64,000 nt of DNA from an uncultured Poribacteria bacterium (GTDB taxonomy: Bacteria > Poribacteria > WGA-4E > WGA-3G), in assembly GCA_951812525.1 (NCBI GenBank), contig OX638316.1, positions 2,472,506 to 2,536,505 on the forward strand. The letters are read 5' to 3'. The notes beneath the pieces were generated by a model. The model saw only the letters and a list, made by a program, of their open reading frames with translations. It was not told the DNA's origin and made no database searches. Below, one piece after another: positions 59,129 through 64,000 of this stretch; position 1 is the first letter of the stretch; each line of letters begins with the position of its first letter. Both the position numbers and the translations under genes were made by a program.

Positions 59129-60574
59129 ATGGAAAAATATGAGATAGTTATCGGATTGGAAATCCACGCCGAATTATGCACAGAAAGTAAACTTTTTTGC
59201 CATTGTGCTTATATCTTCGGTGCTTCGGCAAACGACTGTACCTGTCCAATTTGCTTAGGAATGCCGGGAACATTGCCTGTTGTCAATAGACGCGCTTTAG
59301 AGTTTGCGGTTCGCGCCGGCTTGGCGATGGATTGTAAGATCACAACTTCCAGTAAATTCGACCGCAAGAACTACTTCTATCCAGATCTACCTAAGAACTA
59401 CCAAATTTCGCAGTATGACATACCGTTGTGTCAAAACGGACACGTATCCTTTGAATTTGAAGGCGAACCTCGGACTGTTGCCCTTCGCAGGATTCATCTC
59501 GAAGAGGACGCAGGAAAGTCGATTCACGCCGAAGTCACAGGCGACCCGACCCGTAGTTTTATGGATTTCAATCGTGCTGGTGTGCCTTTGTTGGAAATTG
59601 TAAGCGAACCCGAACTATACTCTCCTGAGGAAGCTATCGCCTACTGCCGTGCCGTTAAAGAGATTTTAGAATATATCGGGGTTAGCGATTGCAATATGGA
59701 AGAAGGGAGCCTGCGATGTGAACCGAACCTCTCCCTGCGACCCAAGGGTAGTAAAGAGTTAGGCACGCGCACAGAAATCAAAAACAAAAATTCGTTCCAA
59801 GAGCTGATCGATGCAATGGAATACGAGGTGAAACGGCAGGCACGGATCTTAGATGCGGGTGAAGAGGTCGTCCAAGAGACGCTCTTGTTCGATGCAAACA
59901 CTGGCAAGACCGTAGCGATGCGCGGCAAGGAAGAAGCAGACGACTATCGTTACTTCCCTGAACCAGATCTCGTTCACGTCCAGGTTAATGATGCGTGGAT
60001 TACGGAAATTCAGTCAACGCTCCCTGAACTACCCGCTGCCCGTCGAGAACGCTTTATCGCAGATTACGGCATCTCTCCTGAAAATACTGAATTTCTGACC
60101 ACCACCCGCCAACTCGCTGAATTCTTTGACGAAGCCGCGCAACTCAGTGGTGAACCTACTATCTGTGCGAACTGGATCATGGGTGACCTGACTCGGTTGC
60201 TCAACACAGCGGAAATTGAGATTCAAGACTCGAAGGTCACACCGGTGCATCTCAGTGAACTCATCCAGTTGATTGACAACGCGACCATCAGCGGTAAAAT
60301 CGCCAAATCTGTACTTGACGATACTTTTGAGTCGGGCAAAATGCCGAAGGAGATTGTCGCTGAAAAGGGGTTGGCACAGATTACGGATACCTCAGAGATA
60401 GAAGCCATCGTCTTACAGGTTGTTGAAGAAAACCCCGGTCCCGCCCAAGATTATCGGGACGGTACAAAGAAAGCAATCGGATTTCTCGTAGGACAGGTGA
60501 TGCGTGCCACTCGCGGGAAGGCGAATCCACAACTGGTAAATCAAATCTTGACGCGGGTGCTTTCTACTGAGTAG
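59129..60574 (+). CDS. gatB: Asp-tRNA(Asn)/Glu-tRNA(Gln) amidotransferase subunit B
   Basis: N-terminus MEKYEIVIGLEIHAEL. The length fits, and a C-terminal YqeY-like domain is present. Confidence 0.95.
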   Translation: MEKYEIVIGLEIHAELCTESKLFCHCAYIFGASANDCTCPICLGMPGTLPVVNRRALEFAVRAGLAMDCKITTSSKFDRKNYFYPDLPKNYQISQYDIPLCQNGHVSFEFEGEPRTVALRRIHLEEDAGKSIHAEVTGDPTRSFMDFNRAGVPLLEIVSEPELYSPEEAIAYCRAVKEILEYIGVSDCNMEEGSLRCEPNLSLRPKGSKELGTRTEIKNKNSFQELIDAMEYEVKRQARILDAGEEVVQETLLFDANTGKTVAMRGKEEADDYRYFPEPDLVHVQVNDAWITEIQSTLPELPAARRERFIADYGISPENTEFLTTTRQLAEFFDEAAQLSGEPTICANWIMGDLTRLLNTAEIEIQDSKVTPVHLSELIQLIDNATISGKIAKSVLDDTFESGKMPKEIVAEKGLAQITDTSEIEAIVLQVVEENPGPAQDYRDGTKKAIGFLVGQVMRATRGKANPQLVNQILTRVLSTE

Positions 60575-60610
60575 GCATGCCTGTTCTGGTATCCGTAAGA
60601 GAGACTTTGC

Positions 60611-61696
60611 ATGTCTGTAGGACAGATTACCCTTACATCCCTAACAAAGCAGTTCGGTGATACAGTTGCAGTTGATGATGTATCGCTGCAAATAGAAGGT
60701 GGGGAATTCTTTTCTCTGCTCGGACCGAGTGGCTGCGGAAAAACGACAACGCTCAATATCATCGGCGGATTTGTGTATCCTACCACTGGGGATGTCCGCA
60801 TCAACGGCGAAATAATGGCAGAGATGCCACCGTATCGCCGTCCCGTTAACACCGTCTTTCAGAACTACGCCTTATTCCCACATAAAACTGTCGCGCAAAA
60901 TATCGCATTCGGGCTACAGATGAAAAAGACTGCTAAATCGGAAATATCGGATGCAGTTGAACGTTCACTGGATTTAATTCAGTTACCCGGATACGGCGAT
61001 CGGAAACCGAGTGAACTCTCTGGTGGTGAGAGGCAACGTGTAGCACTCGCCCGTGCGTTAATTAACGAACCCACCATTCTACTCTTAGATGAACCGCTCT
61101 CAGCACTCGACTTGAAACTCCGAAAGCAGATGCAGTTGGAACTAAAGGCGTTACAACGCAAAGTCGGTATTACGTTTGTCTACGTTACACACGACCAAGG
61201 CGAAGCATTGGCATTGTCTGATCGGATTGCGGTGATGAACAATGGGAAAATACTACAGGTAGGGACACCGTCTGCAATCTACGACTCGCCACAGAACCGC
61301 TTTGTCGCTGACTTTATCGGCACCTCCAACTTCCTTGAAGGAACAGTTATCAGCGAAAATGAAATCGCGCTGACAACAAAACCACCGCTTAAAATTGTCA
61401 GCGCAACAAAGAACAACCTACCGCTAAACACACCTGTGACTGTCGCGATTCGTCCAGAGCGTTTTGACTTAAGGACAACGCCTATCTCTGATGTTCCCAA
61501 TTTCTTGCATGGCGTAATCCAAGACGAAAGTTACCTCGGTACAACACTGCAATACACCGTGCAGACGGACTATCCGACGCCACTTATTGTCCATCAACAA
61601 AATACAGGCGCAAAAGACACACATCGCTTTCAACGCGGCGATATAGTCTATCTGCAGTGGACACCTGAGAATGCCATTGTTTTGAAAAGCGACTAG
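60611..61696 (+). CDS. ABC transporter ATP-binding protein, PotA/MalK-like, with a C-terminal TOBE-type domain
   Basis: Walker A GPSGCGKTT, signature LSGGERQRV, Walker B LLLDEP. No permease or binding-protein gene is adjacent. Confidence 0.85.
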   Translation: MSVGQITLTSLTKQFGDTVAVDDVSLQIEGGEFFSLLGPSGCGKTTTLNIIGGFVYPTTGDVRINGEIMAEMPPYRRPVNTVFQNYALFPHKTVAQNIAFGLQMKKTAKSEISDAVERSLDLIQLPGYGDRKPSELSGGERQRVALARALINEPTILLLDEPLSALDLKLRKQMQLELKALQRKVGITFVYVTHDQGEALALSDRIAVMNNGKILQVGTPSAIYDSPQNRFVADFIGTSNFLEGTVISENEIALTTKPPLKIVSATKNNLPLNTPVTVAIRPERFDLRTTPISDVPNFLHGVIQDESYLGTTLQYTVQTDYPTPLIVHQQNTGAKDTHRFQRGDIVYLQWTPENAIVLKSD

Positions 61697-61698
61697 GA

Positions 61699-62697
61699 CT
61701 AACCTTCAGACAACGGTAATTTGACTTTCCCGTTATCACGCTGTTGCGATGTTAAGAAGCCAATGATAATTTGGACAACCTTGTATCCTTCACTGCCAGG
61801 TGAGACAGGTTCCCCACCTTCTGTAATAAGTCCTACCAACTCTCGTGGTCCAGCAGGGATGCCCGTGATGTCCCATGTCGGTGCCTCAATCGTTTCAACA
61901 ACATCGTCTTGGTGGATTGTTGCGCCGCGGTCACTGATGAGAATATAGCCGTTGGTGCCAACAATCTCCACACGGAACCCGGAGAGGGTTGTCTTTGGAC
62001 CGCCAGCATAGTAGCCGCGTACACCGTTCGCAAAGTGGATATACCCATGCGCCGATGGTTCCGTTGCTGGGACGTGTCCTCCATCGCCTTTATACTCGTT
62101 ATAGTCTTCATAACCGTCTTCTAACTCGGCAGAGACCCACTCTGGTTCTGAATCGGCGAAGTAGCAGATGGCATCGATGAGATGGGTCCCATTACGGAAA
62201 AGCATTGCGCGCCCGCCACTCAGCGTGCCGATAACATATTGGACATCCCCGATACGTCCACCACCGACGACAACTTCTTTAGTATGCCGCCACAGGGGCT
62301 GCCATCGGCGCGTGTGATCGATTGACAAAATAGTTCCGTTTCGCTCTGTTGCCTCCAACATTCTGTCTGCATCGGCGATGCTCGTTGCCATCGGTTTTTC
62401 ACAGAATATACCTTTCACACCAGCGTTTGCAGCGTCAACGACCAGATCGGCGTGCCGATGATCAGAGGTCGCCACCGTCACGATGTCTAAATTCTCGGCG
62501 GCAAGCATCTCTTGGTGGTTGGTGTACAGGGAAATATTGTCCCAGTTGTCCTGATATTTTTCCTTGAAAGCATCCAATGTGCTTTGAACAAAATCGCAGC
62601 CAGCGGTTAATTCAACGTTCGGCATATCCACTAAACCTGATACATGTGTCGTGCCGATTCCGCTACAACCAATGATGCCCACGCGTAGTTTTGCCAT
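61699..62697 (-). CDS. Gfo/Idh/MocA family oxidoreductase
   Basis: Rossmann N-terminus LRVGIIGCSGIGTTH and the typical EKP motif ...GIFCEKPMA. Confidence 0.85.
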   Translation of the reverse strand: MAKLRVGIIGCSGIGTTHVSGLVDMPNVELTAGCDFVQSTLDAFKEKYQDNWDNISLYTNHQEMLAAENLDIVTVATSDHRHADLVVDAANAGVKGIFCEKPMATSIADADRMLEATERNGTILSIDHTRRWQPLWRHTKEVVVGGGRIGDVQYVIGTLSGGRAMLFRNGTHLIDAICYFADSEPEWVSAELEDGYEDYNEYKGDGGHVPATEPSAHGYIHFANGVRGYYAGGPKTTLSGFRVEIVGTNGYILISDRGATIHQDDVVETIEAPTWDITGIPAGPRELVGLITEGGEPVSPGSEGYKVVQIIIGFLTSQQRDNGKVKLPLSEG

Positions 62698-62746
62698 TTC
62701 TATACCCTCCGACTGTTAAATAAAGACTTCGTAAAGTTGTCTTCCC

Positions 62747-63724
62747 CTAATATCCATCGGTATACCAGAAAATATGATGTGACTTGATGCCTTGTGCTAG
62801 AGATGTCGGTTGATTGTGTAACAGGTTTGGTATTGAATCAAATAGTGTCGATTCCATCTTCTCTGAAAGCACATCCGGCTGATTGATACGATACATCGTA
62901 CTTCCATGTTCTTCAATCGTTGGGGCATTGAACCCGTCTGCGATTGGGGCAGGATAAACAACCTCAAACGATTCTGCATCCATCTGGAATATGATAGCAG
63001 ACAGCATGCTTTCTAAAAGTTGCTTACCTCTATCTTCTGCGAAGCGTGTTTCTGAAGTGATGAAATCTTTGACATTCAGTTGCTTATCGTGCTGAGCAAC
63101 CGAAACGTAGCCTTCAATGCTCCCATCACGCTCAGCGATCCAAGCATTCGACGACTCGGTGCGTACCCACTTCGTCCAATATTCTATTTCGTCTCTGACG
63201 AACGCACCATTAAATTTTCGCGCATACCGGTCGTAAAGTTCAGCAATCCACTTGACTTCCGCTTCATCATCAAAATTGGCTGGACGGACTTTCCATTCTG
63301 ACTGCTCTTCAGCACTAAAATGTTGTCTCGCGTGATAACGAGGCACCTTCTCCCATCCTTCGATCGCGTAAATTCGCTGGCTTCCTTGGAGCGAAGAGAC
63401 GACGATGTCACGGTCTTCCATAAACTTAATTGAATCCTTGAGAAGTTGTGTAGCGATCCCACGTCGGCGATATGCTGGACGCGTGCTAACTTCTCCGATT
63501 CCACCCACAGTTATCGGCTTGCCGTGCAAAAACATTTTTCGGATAAAGACGCGAACCGTGCTGACAATAGTGCCATTGTCAATAGCGATACGGATACCCT
63601 CGGGGTCCCGCCACGGGTCGTTGTGCCAGTGATTAGAAAAATATTGTCTGCCGCCTGTAAAGACAGACGTAACATGGTCCAACCACACCTCTAATTCTTC
63701 AGGATAAAGCCCACGAAACTTCAT
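62747..63724 (-). CDS. GNAT family N-acetyltransferase (Eis-like architecture possible)
   Basis: Acetyl-CoA binding motif RRRGIATQLL. The protein is 325 aa, with an additional C-terminal domain. Confidence 0.65.
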   Translation of the reverse strand: MKFRGLYPEELEVWLDHVTSVFTGGRQYFSNHWHNDPWRDPEGIRIAIDNGTIVSTVRVFIRKMFLHGKPITVGGIGEVSTRPAYRRRGIATQLLKDSIKFMEDRDIVVSSLQGSQRIYAIEGWEKVPRYHARQHFSAEEQSEWKVRPANFDDEAEVKWIAELYDRYARKFNGAFVRDEIEYWTKWVRTESSNAWIAERDGSIEGYVSVAQHDKQLNVKDFITSETRFAEDRGKQLLESMLSAIIFQMDAESFEVVYPAPIADGFNAPTIEEHGSTMYRINQPDVLSEKMESTLFDSIPNLLHNQPTSLAQGIKSHHIFWYTDGY

Positions 63725-63739
63725 ATTTAGACAATTTCC

Positions 63740-64000
63740 TCAAAACTTTATGGTCAGTTCACCGATAAACTGCCGTGCCTCATTGCGACTCCCAAAAACT
63801 TCGTAGAGATCGCCAGAGACATCGTAGAATCGGCGGACAAAATTTCGACTGGTCTCAGCAGGGTTCAGGTCAGCATAGCGGAGCCACAGATTTCCCCGCG
63901 ACCATATATCCCAATTGAGTTCTATAACTGTGGAACTCGCATCGCCGGTGTCCTCTCTGTGTTGTCTATTGAGTTCAGGGAAAAGAGCGTCTTGTGTCAA
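63740..64000 (-). CDS. Partial ORF running off the window end. Function unknown.
   Basis: The frame is open from the window edge to the stop at 63740. The M shown by the track at position 64000 is a TTG at the window edge, so the true start lies outside the window. Confidence 0.25.
   Translation of the reverse strand: MTQDALFPELNRQHREDTGDASSTVIELNWDIWSRGNLWLRYADLNPAETSRNFVRRFYDVSGDLYEVFGSRNEARQFIGELTIKF

Noticed and set aside
1-64000. CRISPR arrays, IS elements, integrases, phage genes, toxin-antitoxin pairs
   Set aside because: No short regularly spaced repeats, transposase or integrase motifs, or small paired ORFs typical of TA modules were seen anywhere in the window.

Overview
This 64 kb window looks like a chromosomal segment of a Gram-negative, LPS-producing bacterium. 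It is densely coding on both strands, roughly 48% GC, with short intergenic gaps. I found no rRNA, tRNA, CRISPR array, IS element or prophage. Most genes are recognisable housekeeping or envelope genes. There are two conserved clusters. One is the pyrimidine operon pyrR-pyrC-carA-carB, whose PyrR attenuator leader (promoter, PyrR-binding loop and terminator) I could reconstruct from the sequence. The other is the LPS/sigma-54 locus lpxL-lptC-lptA-lptB-rpoN-hpf, followed by valS. Other identifiable genes are a nadD-yacG-yqeK-rsfS operon, thiI, an RNase H type-2 gene, gatB, nadB, nagB, a soluble lytic transglycosylase, an ADP-heptose heptosyltransferase (GT9) and a MATE efflux pump. The accessory content comprises two sulfatases that appear cytoplasmic, flanking a 7-bladed beta-propeller lactonase, and two tandem orphan branched-chain-amino-acid-type binding proteins. 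There is also a 986-aa TolB-propeller/PA/M28/PDZ fusion peptidase, and a sigma-54 activator whose receiver domain appears to lack the phospho-acceptor aspartate and which has no neighbouring kinase. Several hypothetical proteins are present as well. I see no clear-cut, compact novel multi-gene system such as a defence or toxin module. The findings below are the candidates I would prioritise. The main ones are the orphan sigma-54 activator neighbourhood, a structured AT-rich 459-bp region carrying repeated motifs, and the direct repeats in a 600-bp divergent non-coding region. Others are a lipoprotein that seems to consist only of a SAM-hydroxide-adenosyltransferase C-terminal-like domain, and small operons of unknown function. 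Several near-consensus sigma-70 promoters (TTGACA-17-TATAAT type) and rho-independent terminators are visible directly in the sequence.
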